From Phoronis australis (Eukaryota; Animalia; Phoronida): a stretch of DNA of 64,000 bases. Position numbers and translations under genes: made by a program. Under the pieces are notes generated by a model. That model was not told where the DNA came from. It ran no database searches and was given only the letters and a program-made list of their open reading frames with translations. The stretch lies in NCBI GenBank assembly GCA_002633005.1, contig NMRA01000044.1, positions 400,594 to 464,593 on the forward strand, in the 5' to 3' direction. Positions 26,221-40,000 of the stretch are shown here, in pieces (position 1 is the stretch's first letter; every line of letters begins with the position of its first letter).

Positions 26221-26270
26221 TCGATTGGGGCGGCGAACGTTGTAGTCTTCCTTCATTGGCTGGTAGATCA
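26221..26270 (+). promoter_or_regulatory. Intronic promoter-like motif cluster
   Basis: ATTGG at 26224 and 26255 (reverse CCAAT), GGGGCGG GC-box at 26227, TTGTAGT, followed by an ATG at 26301 and donor AAG|gtatgc after 26352. Confidence 0.4.
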
Positions 26271-28699
26271 GTGTATGCGTATTTTTCTCCAATTAAGTTC
26301 ATGATATTGCGGACAAATGGACTTTTAAGAACTGTCGAACTTACAAGCAAAGGTATGCTAGCAGATAATGACATAGCGATATCTTAAAATAACTTTTACC
26401 AGCCAGGTGATATTCCTTTCAAGAAAAAAGATAAGATTGGTGGTTTGAATTTTTGTGCCAAATCAATGTTGAGAATTACAGAATTACTGTAATTTTGCTA
26501 CAAGGTTGGGCGTAACCGAAGAAGTTTCTCTGTTTCTATAACGTTTATTAGGTGTGGCATTGATAGCTTTGAGGCTCTACATTCTTTGAAGGTGTGGTAA
26601 AAACTATGGGAAGTAATATCATCTTTTGTAGTTTAATGTTAAAAAAGAATTTGGGTCTTTGAACGTTTGGTCAGTCACTTCTCAAAGCCAGTGATACTTG
26701 CAGGTTGTGGAAATGGGGTGGGGCATGCAGGAAAAAGCCACACAACATCTGCTACTCGAGTTCACACATGTATGATTTGGATTCCACATGTGCTATGGAA
26801 TATAGTAGAGACGTGTTTTATTAATTGCACATTAAGCACTAGGGAATTGCACAAAACAGTGCCATTCAGTTACCTTCTGTCTTTGGTACAGTACCTTATA
26901 GTGGCTGAGTATCACCCACAGGCCTGACTAATTATACCATGAAGCCTGGAAGGGCACAGAGTGCAAACTGTGGTCACCATATTGAGGGTGTGTTTTTGGA
27001 ATACCATCCACTGCCTTTTGTGATCAGTCTACCTCAGCTGTGAGCTCAATAGCCTCTTGTTGAGTTGTTTCAACAACTGTACAATCCGTCCCACAGGTTC
27101 CTAACATGGCTCATTTTTAATGAGCAGTTAACACAGGCAATGTTTCATTATTCATGATAGTAGCTTTAGGTGTTAGCATCCATTTCTGTCTTTGCCCACT
27201 TATACATGATCCATTTCGGTCTTTTACTGAATACCTCTGTAAAAATTTATTCCAAATTGTGAAAATTAAACCCCAGGGAATTTCCCGTCCTTACAATGGG
27301 TTGTGGTTTACGCAGCACTCTCAAAATCCAGACCATCGCAATACCTGCGTACCAATGAAAATACTTACTGGATACGTTACCAAACAACGAAAAGTTCTAC
27401 TTTAGGGTGACAATACCACTTTTGCCGAACCCCTCTCGATTGCGCTCGGGTTACGTGGCACCTTCAGCTCATGCTGGTGAGCAGCCTAGTGTTCTCAATC
27501 ATTCATAAAAGAGAACCCAATCTTATTCACCACCACCTTGTGAACATGAGTTTCCTATTAAACTATGACTCTAATATTTTCCCTGGTCGTTACTTCACTA
27601 CAACTGTAGCAGTGGCAATGTCTAGACACACATGCAATGTTTGTACATGGAATCAGAGCTAAATTCTAATTACATCAGTGGTTTAAGATTAAGGCCCATT
27701 AGAATAGTGAAACAGCATGCTCAAAGCTCATCCATCACTCTACCAAGTGATTGGTAGATGGCATGAAGACCTAGACTGCTAGTATACACTTGGCTTATTA
27801 AATAATTGGAAACACTGGCTGTTTGCATAGCTTCTTTCATTATCACTGTGTTGTTACAGTCTAGTAAATTCTACATAATTTCTCCCACGAAAATTACTTT
27901 TCAGGAAAATTCAATTACTTTTCAGGAAAATTCGCTTTGTTGTCACCAATGATTTCGTATAAAATATTTGAACAACTATAGCACCGATGTAAGCAAGTCT
28001 ATGAAAAATCAAAGTACGGTCGGTTATTTTAGCAACTGATTTTGGAGAATTTCTTCCGTGCATACTTATCAGGAATGTTAGGAAGGATCCGCCTCATTAT
28101 GATTCCTTTCCATGTGGAATTAGGCTCACTTCAATTCATCCAAAGAAGATCCTGAAATATGTGGGTCAGTGAAAAGCAGTGCTTATGCAATGGTTTCAGT
28201 CTCCCTGCAATTTGTCCCCTGGAATTTTAATAGGAGTTGGGTTAATAGCATAGGGTTGGGTACACTTAAAAAATGAGCCTTTCATAGTGAAACTTTTTTA
28301 AAAAAAATAATTGCAGGTGGTCTGATACACATTGCACTAGAAGTGCACAGGCCTCGCATGTGGGCCCATTGCACTGATCACCTGGAATCGTTTTATGCTT
28401 TATTATTATATAGTTAAAACCGAGCTGAGGGCCTAGAAACCTGACTCGAGGGTTTAGCAGTGTGACCCATTGGAAATCGTTCCCACAATCTTGAGTAAAG
28501 AAAACGATTACCTATCACACTAGGCCAGACTGCCTCCTCTTTCGTAGTGATGTTTTACCCAGTATGTTCATAGTGAAGCTTACTGGGTAAAACATCTGCA
28601 GGAAATGTATCTTTAAGAGTCTTAAATCATATATGAGTTATTTATTTGAGAGAATCATCACATTTCGTTCTTGTTTCTTGCATGTAAGTGGGCACATTG

Positions 28700-29550
28700 A
28701 TGCTGTCATCTCAGTCCGTCTTTCTTCCGGTGTGCACTACTGTAGCCCCAAAACCCTTGGATGGATATTCATGAAAATTTTCAGGCATGTTTTAACAATG
28801 GATGGATGTTCATGAAAAATTTCAGGCATGTTTTAACAATGGATGGGACAGAAAGTGCGGATTTTCAGATAGATCTGGATACTGGTGTGCCCTCTATTGC
28901 CAATTGTATCTGAGGAGCTCCTTGACAGATGTTCATAAAATTTAGCAAATACACCTTCCCAATTTCAGGTGTATTTGACATATTTTATGCCATCTAGTGC
29001 ACTTTTATCATTTTTTTAGTCTGGTTTTAGGTGTCTACCTTTCTGTTGGCCAAACCACTCTAAGGATCGTTATGAAAATTTGCATGAATTTTCATGTGTT
29101 TTTCTGGGAAGTACATGTCTGACAATGATTTTTGGACAGATCTGAATGTTTTGGCACCCTCTAGTTGGTAGCAATTTTGTTTTTTGCCTTTTGTTCAATA
29201 CCTACCATGTTCCTCGATAGATCTTCATGAAATTTGTATGTGTTTTTTGTGTGTATTTTGGGTCAGATCTGACTGCTGCTGAGTGCACAGTTCCTTAGTA
29301 GGGAATTTTGTTCTTCTTTGCATTTGTCTTTATGGATGTTCATGACATTTGGCAAATTAATAGACGACAGCACAATCCTGTTTCAGATTTATTTGACTTA
29401 TGTTGCACCCCTAGTGACCTTTTTATTGTTTTTGTGCAATTTTTTTGTCACCCGCCTTCCTATCCTAAAAACTACATCAAGAATCGTGATGAAAAGCCGT
29501 GGGTATGTTCCTGTTGAGAGGAGCTCTCCTGACTTGCTTTTCACACCCTA
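28700..29550. repeat. Degenerate array of ~115-160-bp units, resembling tandem-repeat-bearing Helentron/DINE-1-like elements
   Basis: About six recurrences of gat.ttcatgaaa.tt alternating with agatctg...ccctcta; includes a near-exact ~40-bp local duplication at ~28760-28845. Confidence 0.55.
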
Positions 29551-30920
29551 GAGGCTATTGTTATGCTCCGTTTGTGAATAGTTGAAATATAATCATCACT
29601 TATACCTGTGTTGTATGCAATATACACTGTGCTCGCATATCAATGCACGTCATTGCTCTCTTTTCCTTTAAGGGTTATTTAAACTTCAGTTATTTTGACA
29701 GATTGCAGTGAATCATATTCTATCAAACAGCTATTGCCAAGTGGCAGTGACCATTTCTACGTAGATACAGTGAAATTTTACCTATTTCTTTCTTGATTGA
29801 AATGCCATTTTTTCATTTTTCAAGGTGTTCTGGCATTGTTGTGAATGCCCACAATTCCACCTGTCTGCTGTATTGTGCTGTAAATTTGGGAGGTTGTACT
29901 ATAGATGCTTGGCTAGCCAAATGGTCGCTGCATAGAAGCTTAGAAACTATGAGATGTCTGAGTGTCTAATTGAATGAATCAGTAGTAATAATGTGGGTTT
30001 GTATTTCTGACATTTCCACACACCATCAATCACCACATGAGCACTCGCCCAATTGGTCTTCTCAATGAAGCCTGTCCATTCATGAGGTGCTGCTTGCATA
30101 TTCCAGGAAACTGCTCTTGCAACTCATTGGTGGGTACCCTACTCGGGGTGGAGCTTCAGTTGTGGGTTGAACGGCTGTTAATGGGGTCTAATGATCTTTG
30201 TGAATGTAGAATTCGTGCAAGCGATGTTCGTAGTTTGAAAATTGTAAAAGTGGATGCTCTGCGCAGTCTTCATAAATGCAATTTTTTTACAAAAGACAAA
30301 TGTAATTTTGTGAGTGAAGAAAAAAAGAAAAAGCTAAGTAGTGCAGTCCATTTCAGAATGCCCAAATTGCTGTTATTTTATTTAATAATTGACTTTATCT
30401 ACTGTAGGCCCTTTATTTTGAAAAAGCATTTGTGAAGTATTTTTATTAGGAAATGGATAATTTGTAAAATGCTTTTTATAACAAGACCTAGTTAATCTTC
30501 CTGTTGTTTGACAGTCTCAGTGCTAACGATTAAATTCAATTCAACCAACAAGTGCTAATCTGCTGTAACATTTTTCATATATTTCTTGTGATGTACAAGA
30601 GCAACCCTTCTGTCTATTTTAATACCGCATGGTTCAAAGTCCATGCTCATGTGCCCTGGTGAAAAGCAAGTACCTCTTGTGGCCTGGTGAACTTTTTGTA
30701 AACCTTCCTAGGCGAAGTTTTGAAATATCTCAAGTTATCTAATCCTCTATAATACTTTTGGCTGATACCAAAGACCTGTCAATTTCTTAATGGTGACAAA
30801 TCTTCACCTATTCAGTTCTTCAATATACCGGGGACATTATTTTGTCAGTTTTCAACATGATGTAGTTGATGCTTAGTGCTCCATTTATTGTTACGGTATG
30901 GCTTGTAGTTTTTTTTTGCT

Positions 30921-31607
30921 TGGTTTTGCTGGAGCAAGATTGGCAGCCTTTTGAAAATGACAGTTCTGTGGAAAATAACTGTAGAATTGCCATTCATGCC
31001 ATTATATTGGACGTCTCTGTTTTTGCTAAAGAGGTTGCCTGCCTAGCGTCCCTTCGGCGAAGTTTCTTTCAAGAAAAGCGAGATTGGGCAAAGTCACTCG
31101 AGTGAAAGGTTAACGTATTACGAGTTCTCTCAAGACTTTATGTGTAAAACTTAAGACAAAATGGTGGCCACGGAAACGCATGGTCGAATATGTAGGAATG
31201 GTGAATTATGTGGTGGAATTCACTGCTACTGTTCCTTAAGAGATTTTTCACAGCTTTTGTTGGNTGGTTTTGCTGGAGCAAGATTGGCAGCCTTTTGAAA
31301 ATGACAGTTCTGTGCAAAATAACTGTAGAATTGCCATTCATGCCATTATATTGGACGTCTCTGTTTTTGCTAAAGAGGTTGCCTGGCTAGCGTCCCTTCG
31401 GCGAAGTTTCTTTCAAGAAAAGCGAGATTGGGCAAAGTCACTCGAGTGAAAGGTTAACGTATTACGAGTTCTCTCAAGACTTTATGTGTAAAACTTAAGA
31501 CAAAATGGTGGCCACGGAAACGCATGGTCGAATATGTAGGAATGGTGAATTATGTGGTGGAATTCACTGCTACTGTTCCTTAAGAGATTTTTCACAGCTT
31601 TTGTTGG
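30921..31607. repeat. 343-bp tandem duplication (30921-31263 vs 31265-31607) around an n; likely unmerged contig overlap
   Basis: Copies are nearly identical; n at 31264. Confidence 0.9.
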
Positions 31608-34600
31608 GGGTCAGCTGCCATCTCCACTGCTGTGCTCTCACAGTGGTGTCTCTGCATGTGTGCCATGGTGACCATGGGGTTAGATCTCACGTCAGCAGGT
31701 GGTGTATGTATTTATATACTTGATCATCATTTGCTGGTCCTAAGACCCCAAAAGTTTTTGGAGACGCATTTTGAAAATTGACCTTAACACCGCTTATGAA
31801 ATTTTTCTTGAAGCTTGGTTACCTTGCAGTTGGTTGAATTTGGAATCGTGTGTCCAGTAAAGTTTGAAGGTGTTGTGGGCCCGAAACTGTGTGTTGTTCA
31901 CAAACCATAACACTATTTCTTATCTTAATAGTGGTTTTAGATTAGTGCCCATGGGGCCTTCAGTACACAAGCAAAAAAACCCTACTGGGATGCTATTTTT
32001 AGGGCCTGTGTGGAATTTGTCCTTTGGAAATTGTGGTAGTACATTTTGTGAAATGTCCTGCATTTAAGGAAAGGTGTGTGTGGCCTGTTCAGAAGTCATG
32101 CATTGTGTGATCATATTTCTTCTTTGTTACAATTGTGTTGCATGCCTGAAGGTTCTCCTGTTAGAGTTGTATCGGGCAGCATTCCTCTGCATGAAATAAG
32201 GTATCAGCTGTTTCTTTCAGCCATTCCCTGTGAATTGCCGGGCTGTTTACCACTGAAAACCTGGCATGGCAATCCATAAATACACCCAGCATTCGCCCAC
32301 CCATTTGCTTGCATGTCACTTGGCAAAGGTTCTTTTAGTTTTAATGAACTAGGTTCCCAGGAATTTGTTCATTGACCCATGCAGTGATCACATATTTTAT
32401 GTTGACTTCCGTGGTGGGTGGACTGGTCAGTTTGCCTGACTTAGGTAGCCAGAGGGATGTTATTACTGTTGAACTTCAATGCTGTTGGGATTGTTTCCCA
32501 TAGTCTTTTCAAACTAGGTCATCCTTGTCATGGGGTCACCAGGCATGAAATGGCACTGAAATGTTCACTCACTTTGGAGGGTGTCATTTGTGGCCAAAGA
32601 ATGTCACTTGCCCTGGGCATAGTATTGAGAAGATTCTGTTGCAGGGGATAAGCAAACAGATGACACAAAGCTTTCTTTTGTTTATGCTGTCTGGACAACT
32701 TTGACAAATACCAACAATCTTCATTTCATCCACAGATAGGATAGTTCACTGCTGTGACTTTGAGCATTGAGTTGGTTGAACTTCATTGAGTATTGGGCAT
32801 CAAACCGATTCTCAACATCGGGGATGCCTTGTGTGTGACTAGTGACAATATTACAACATGGTGACTGAAAAGAATTAAAACTGCAGTAAAATCCAGCTGT
32901 TTTGAATCTGTCCACATCATGTCAGTGGCTATAGGTGGTGCTGTTTGATAATCCCCTTGCTATTTAGTTAGTTGGATTGTTATAGCAAGTTGCTGCTGCT
33001 GTTTTGGGTAATGTCTAGACACATATTTGCAACACCTTGACAAAGCATTTTGAATTTCACTAATGAATATAAATTGAGTTGTTTTGCTCTATAGTTAAGA
33101 GGGTCAAGATTTTCGTCAGTCTGTTAAAGTTCGACAGGTTTGAGGTATGCTCGCAGACCTCGGTTAACTTAAATGTGATCAATTAATTCGGATCAAAGAT
33201 GAGTTCCACTGGGACGTGATGGAAAGAAATTCAGACATTGATCAGTCGTCATTCGTAGGCTTGGAATGTTGATGGAAATGTCATTGTGTTACAATAAAAA
33301 AATTTGGAATATTGTAAGCTTGAAACTAATTGGCTGCAGATTGTAGTTAGGGATTGTCTCAAGAGAGCTTAATGCTAACAGGTCTGGCATGCTCCCTCGC
33401 ATACATATCTGAACCCGATCTGTTTTTGTCATTGAACATAAATAGGAAAACATTAGAAAAAATGGAGACATGTCATTGTGTGGCTCATTTCCCACGCCTG
33501 CTTGGCAATAAATGTCCCATGTGTTGTTCTGTTGGTCAGATGTGGTTAGTCTTTCTCCTTGGTTGAGATTGTGTCAGTGGCCAAGTTTTGCAATAGGCTG
33601 TGACTACACAGCATTTTGGAAATTTTCTCTATGCTTGGTGTTATCTTTTAGTTGATTTTGTCATTGAATTCAGCTACAATTGTAAAGAGAAGTTATGAAA
33701 TAGAACAGAGATGTCGCACTGAAAATGTTTTTCACGTACCATGTGGTCAAAACAAACTCAAAACTTCACCTAACAATTACTCCGATAAACTATAAACTGC
33801 CAAAACTGATATGAGAGATCAAGTTAACTTAGCAATTTACATCGACACTTTGTTAATAAAGGATTTAACTTGGTGAGAAAAGTCTTTCAGATGCTCCATA
33901 CATGACTGCACAGTTCCTCCTTTCATGTTTCTATGCTAATGGTCAACCACCAATGTTTTGCTATGTATCACCACAGTTGGCTGTGTCTAGATGTATTAGG
34001 CGCCTTGTTTGTTTTTATTTCCCCCCTGTGGCCCTCAGCTACTGATACACAAGCCTCACAGTTTCACAGATCCATGATTCACTGGTCATGGTGGTCCCTA
34101 TGTTGCTAGCCCCATGTTAACATACAAGACAGTGTGCTGACAGTTGGCATGACTGACATCACAATACACAAATAGTTCATTAGCTGTCACATTCTCTCAC
34201 ATATCAGGTCCTGGTCCAACATCTTGAATTCTTATGTACAATACACAAAGTTCAGCCAGGAAGATCAATGCCCAGCATGGCAGTGACCTTCACCTAAAAG
34301 TGTCTTGGGTCAACCACTGACCGCTTGGTTTGGGGCTGTGTGAAAAAGCCATCACCACTGACCATTTGATGAGATAAAAAATAGTGTGAGATTGTTGCGG
34401 TTACAATTGCAGTGCTTTGGGAGCTAGCCGATTTTCACCAACCACAAAGATATTTTGATATGGATGTTGTTTTCCTATTGGCTAGTCGTGTCTTGAAGTC
34501 CGATGATTATTTGTGAGAAGCATTGTGTTGTGTTGTATTGTTTTGGATGGGAACACGATGTTTTTATACCTCGCCTTCTTATAGATTTTGTTATTACTCT

Positions 34601-34992
34601 TGTGTTGTTATTGATTGTGTTCAAAATACATCACTTGAGACATCGGCAGGTAAGAGGATGCTGTTATTGATCTGTGGGCAGTATACTGTTGTAATATTGC
34701 TAGCAATTTGCCTCTGTTTGTAAAGAACTTGTGTGCCATCACATGCCAGACATTCTAGTCTGACTGTTTCATTTAAGTAGCTATAAGGTGCCAGCTTGGC
34801 ATTTATTCTGCATATGTTGGAAACAGATTGTAAATCTCCATTGATGTGATCAAAGGAAGATCAAATGGTTATCACTTAAAGGGTATTTTGTACTTAGGCA
34901 TTTTCACACCATTGGTAAAATCTTGTCCGTTTCTAGGAGAACACAATAGGGTTTAGAATTTTTCCATAGAGAATTAGCACCAAATGGAAGCT

Positions 34993-37034
34993 TTTATCAT
35001 TTTCAGGTTCTTCTATACTATAATACCTATCACTAGACAATACTGTGAGGGCATTCACTTCAATGTTAAAAGAATTTGAAAAATGAAAAAAGTGCATCTT
35101 TGGCAATAATTTTTATCTGAAATTGGCGAGATTTTGCCGTACTTAATTCGGGGATATGTGTGGCATTGAGGTGAGCTGGGAAGTTGGTGAATTGACATTA
35201 TGCTAAATATTGAACTCTGTGTATTGTGTGGTTTGTCTGAGATATGGTGCCCCATGCTTCACCACCTCATACTGAACAAGCCAGCTGTGCTAATTGCCCT
35301 ATGAATAGTATTTCATCTATTTATTTTTGCTTTGAAATTCAGCAATACTGTGGGATCCTCTAACATAATGCTCTTTACCATTGTGGCAGTATGAAGCAGA
35401 CTTTCACTTGACACAGTCATTTCAAAATTCTGGTCTGCAAGACAGGCCGCGTTGACAGAGACAATAGGACAATTTCTTTCAAGGTGCGATGGCGGACTTT
35501 TTTCGCAGATCTTTTTCAAGTGCACAGCAGTTATAATTAGACGGCACGAGTGGGGCACAGAATTAAAAAAAATGCCGTGAACTCCCACTGCCTTAGAGCT
35601 ACGTCCAAATCACAGAAGTGAACTTTATGTGGTGTTGAATGCTATCTTCCACGTTCTGTATCGTCAACTAGCGATAAAGCACGTTTCATTATGATGTTGC
35701 TAAATAAAAAAACGAGAGCGCTCGGAGGAGCGACACTTGGCGGAACTAATCGAAAAGACGACGATGAGGGAGACGACGACAATCAAGACGATCAAGGCGT
35801 TAATTATGAATAACACGATAGCACGATAACATTCATGTGACTAGCGAAGAAATCAAATAGAGAGCAGACAATCAACTACAATAAAGAACAGTAGATGGCC
35901 CAGCATGACGGACGAGTCATGTCTGTTCCCACATTCTAAAATAGGTGGCGCTATGTGACAGTCTGCAAAGCAAAGTTATGTTTACAATAAGTATTTGCCC
36001 TGGAATTGTACAGTCTACAGAGAGCTATGCCACAGTAGGACACTGCTGGCTGGGTCAGTCTGGGTCAACTAGGCATAACCAAAATAAAGCCAGCCAGCCG
36101 AATTGGAACAACGGTATCCGTAAATCAGCCCGTTCAAAACTCTATCTAAAATGGTAGTTTGGCAAACACGATAACATTCATGTGACTAGCGACGAAATCA
36201 AATAGAGAGCATACAATCAACTACAATAAAGAACGATAGATGGCGCCACATGACGGTCCAGTCTACAGTAGAACAGTGCTGGCTGGGTCAGTCTGGGTCA
36301 ACTAGGCATAACCAAAANTTTATCATTTTCAGGTTCTTCTATATACTATAATACCAATTACTAAACAATACTGTGAGGGCATTCACTTCAATGTTAGAAG
36401 AATTTGAAAAATGAAAAAAATCCATCTTTGGCAATAATTTTTATCCGAAATTAGCGAGATTTTGCCGTACTTAATTCGGGGACATGTGTGGCATTGATGT
36501 GAGCTGTGAAGTTGGTGAATTGACATTATGCTAAATATTGAACTCTGTGTATTGTGTGGTTTGTCTGAGATATGGTGCCCCATGCTTCACCACCTCTTAC
36601 TGAACAAGCCAGCTGTGCTAATTGCCCTATGAATAGTATTTCATCCTATTTATTTTTGCTTTGAAATTCAGCAATACTGTGGGATCCTCTAACATAATGC
36701 TCTTTACCATTGTGGCAGTATGAAGCAGACTTTCACTTGACACTGTCATTTCAAAATTCTGCTGTGCAAGACAGGCCGCGTTGACAGAGACAATAGGACA
36801 ATTTCTTTCAAGGTGCGATGGCACACTTTTTCCGCAGATCTTTTTCAAGTGCACAGCAGTTATAATTAGACGGCACGAGTGGGGCACAGAATTTAAAAAA
36901 ATGCCGTGAACTCCCACTGCCTTAGAGCTACGTCCAAATAACAGAAGTGAACTTTATGTGGTGTTGAATGCTATCTTCCACGTTCTGTATCGTCAACTAG
37001 TGATAAAGCACATTTCATTGTGATGTTGCTAAAT
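34993..37034. repeat. Duplication 34993-35705 vs 36319-37034 around an n; likely allelic
   Basis: Near-identical copies with SNPs; n at 36318; paired ORFs in the ORF track. Confidence 0.88.
35706..36317 (-). mobile_element. Copy-specific insertion, possibly a Helentron/HINE-like non-autonomous element
   Basis: Absent from the second copy (gctaaat|cagaaa at 37034). On the minus strand it ends with a short hairpin (cgctc-ctcc-gagcg) then CTCGTTTTTTT. Internal repeats at 35822/36167 and 36044/36278. Confidence 0.5.
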
Positions 37035-40000
37035 CAGAAAATGACAATTTGAAGAAACTATCGTATCCCTCTGTTCAACTTGATCAGTTTGCAATGTTTC
37101 TCACAACTGGATTGAATTGCTGGTGGCTGTGTGGTGGTGCTGGTCCTTTGGACCTTGGGGGTCACCTTGTTGCCACATCCTTGAATGAAGTGTTTTGGCC
37201 AGGCAACTATTCTCTCTGGGTTTAGTTGGTGAAGGAATTCAAGTAGTTTGTTTATGTCTGCCTGACTTGGCTCCAAGCTCACAGAGTTCTTGGTGTAAGG
37301 ACCAGACACTGATTGGTCAGGATCAAGCAGCTGATTGTCTTCTAGACTGGTCATTCATCAACATTTTAGAGTTGAAAATGCAAGTAGGTTAAATGGCTGT
37401 AAAATGCATGTGTGTTTGTGTCAACTTTTAAGATACCACACAACCAATTACCCTAGAACAGACAGTGGTAGTGTGGATGCCATTTGCACTGACAATTCAC
37501 CACGGTGGCTGGCTCGTTCTAAGATAACATGCTCGCAGTTGCTCGACATAGGTCATGGACGCCCTGAGAAATTGGGAATCCCATTTTGGCTCGCCCTTTT
37601 TTTTGGAAATCTTGGATGAACCTCTGCATTTACCCCGACAATTTCTAATTGTTGTGACTGTAGTTCCTGCCTTGAAGGTTTTAGTAGCTAGTCGTCAGTG
37701 CTAATGTTTTCTAATTTTTTGGCAGCAGTTCCACCTACTGAATTATAATGTTTGCAACTGCTATGAGTTGTAACAGGTAAAGCCTGTCGCACAAGTTATA
37801 AAACCAGTTGTAAAAGGTTTTACTGGTTTTAAGTATTGTAACCACTATGGTGTCAACAGGGTATTAGTGTAGACACAAGTTATCATAGATGGGTATTTAT
37901 TGATGAAGAATAATACTTTCTATCCTAAGCAGTGTAACCCTGGACCAATTAATATGGGAATTACCCTTATTTCTAAAGAAAATTTCAGGGGCACTCACCA
38001 ATTTCAGTAATAGGGATGGGAGAACCACGGGCTTTGTTTTTTTTTGTGTCAGTGCTGTTTCTTTTTCGGAAATCCGCCATTGAATTGAGCTTGGAGCACA
38101 TCAAAATTTCTCTCTAGACTTCATGTTTTGCACTTACCGTACACGGTCTGTTCATATCATGAGACTAAAAGACTAGTTACGAAATTGCATTTTAGTCTGC
38201 TGTAAGTCATTCTGTCAATGTGGCTAATTATTCAGTCCAGACTCCCATATGATAATGTTCAAGTCTGTCGTTGGAAAATGTTAATTTGTTTTCATCTAGT
38301 GGTGATGAGACGGGGGGGAATTCACTACTTGCACGAATTCGCCGTTCTGGTTGAAAGCGAGGTTTTGTGTCAAAATTACAATGGTTCTGCTTGTTTAGAA
38401 CACGTGTACTTCAACAATTGCCGTGTTAAAATTGATGTTAAAGTGAGGCATTGTGTCCTAAACAACAATGCTCAACAATCCTTTTTTGCAGCGCCATTGA
38501 AGTGTATAAGATGTGAATTCTTTACTAGTAGAGTGCTTGAGACGTCACTTGCTTTTATCACTGACAGCAGCGAAACAGTCAGTAATATTGGCTAAAGAAA
38601 TCCTTCAAGTTATGACTAAATCTGTTATTGAAATTTCAATGTCTTTTATATCAGTGTTGGTATTTTTTATAAATACCAGTGATTAGCAATAAAAAGCTGT
38701 TTTTGTGAACTACAAGGACTGTCTGACCTGTGTGGTTGTTGTCGTCTCCAACTTGGCTGCCATTTTACCATCTCAAACAACTCATTGAGCACTGCGGTAC
38801 CATTTTTTTGTAAGCCACGTTTGTAGACTCACTTGTTTTCCGTTCTGTTTGCTACGTAGCCTATTATCTTTACGGATGATGCTCAAAGCTTAATTTGTCA
38901 AGCTTTAATTGCGCTTCCTCTCAGAATCTACTGGGCACCTGATATAAACACAAGCCTTATGAATGACTGGTTTTGACTTGTATATTGCAGACACTACGTC
39001 ATTGCTGGGCTGAGCACTGAATGTGGTTGCTTCTATACCCAACGTGTTTGGCTTCTCAGAGTATGTTTTTTAAGAGACATTTACTCGAAGCAAATTAACC
39101 AGGCATCCAATTAGTTATGATTTTTGTGTTGGCAGGGCAGTATGTTTACAAACATTTGTCCTGCTATTGCTTTATCAAAGATTCTATTTATCAAAAGGAT
39201 TTTGGAAAATACTGAAGTGGAAAGGCAGAGTGAGGCAGTTAGTCTGTCTGTCTCCGTAAACAAACACCATGAGTGTCCTTTTCTTGCACAATTCTTTTGC
39301 CACAAGCTGTATTTTTTCATTCCACAGTTCCTTTTTTTCAAATATATCTTAAATTTTCAGCGATGTGTGTATTTACATTCTTTTCTCATGAGCAGTTGTT
39401 TTGGAGAAAAGAGTTGCAGTTGTTAGAAAAAAATGGGAGCATTGTGTGGATAGTGGGGAGGTTCAACTACCTCAAGAGGCTGCGGTTACATTATTTGGCT
39501 CTGGACAATGTTCGTACTTTCACACAGTCATCAAGTTGATGTCTGATGTTCAGGGATGTTAGATTTGAGCTCTAGTCTTCTCATTAAACCACTCGCTCTG
39601 CTTCAAAGTTAAAAGAGGCTGCCTTTGGCAGTGGTGAAGTTGTTGTTTTACTGCCTCATTTGGCCAGCTTGACTCCTCATCATCCTACCTGTGCTAAAAT
39701 ATTTGTCTGTAAGTCTTTAATTTGAAAGATGATGTGCCATATTCCTTTGAAATGCCCTGGGCTCTTTGATCTCTGGTGTGGCTGTTGAAGTGAGAGGTTG
39801 TGGTAAAAAGGCACTAGTCACAAATTTGCAGTTCAAGAATTAGAATGAAGCTTATGTCATGTTCACAATAGGTGTTAGCCTAGAACAAAGTGGCCCCTTT
39901 AACCCCTTATCTTTCATTATTGTTGATTATGGTAAAACGCCATTTTAGGACAGAATGTGGTCAGCCAGGGAGACTTGGTCTTATTTTTTCGTAAAACTTG

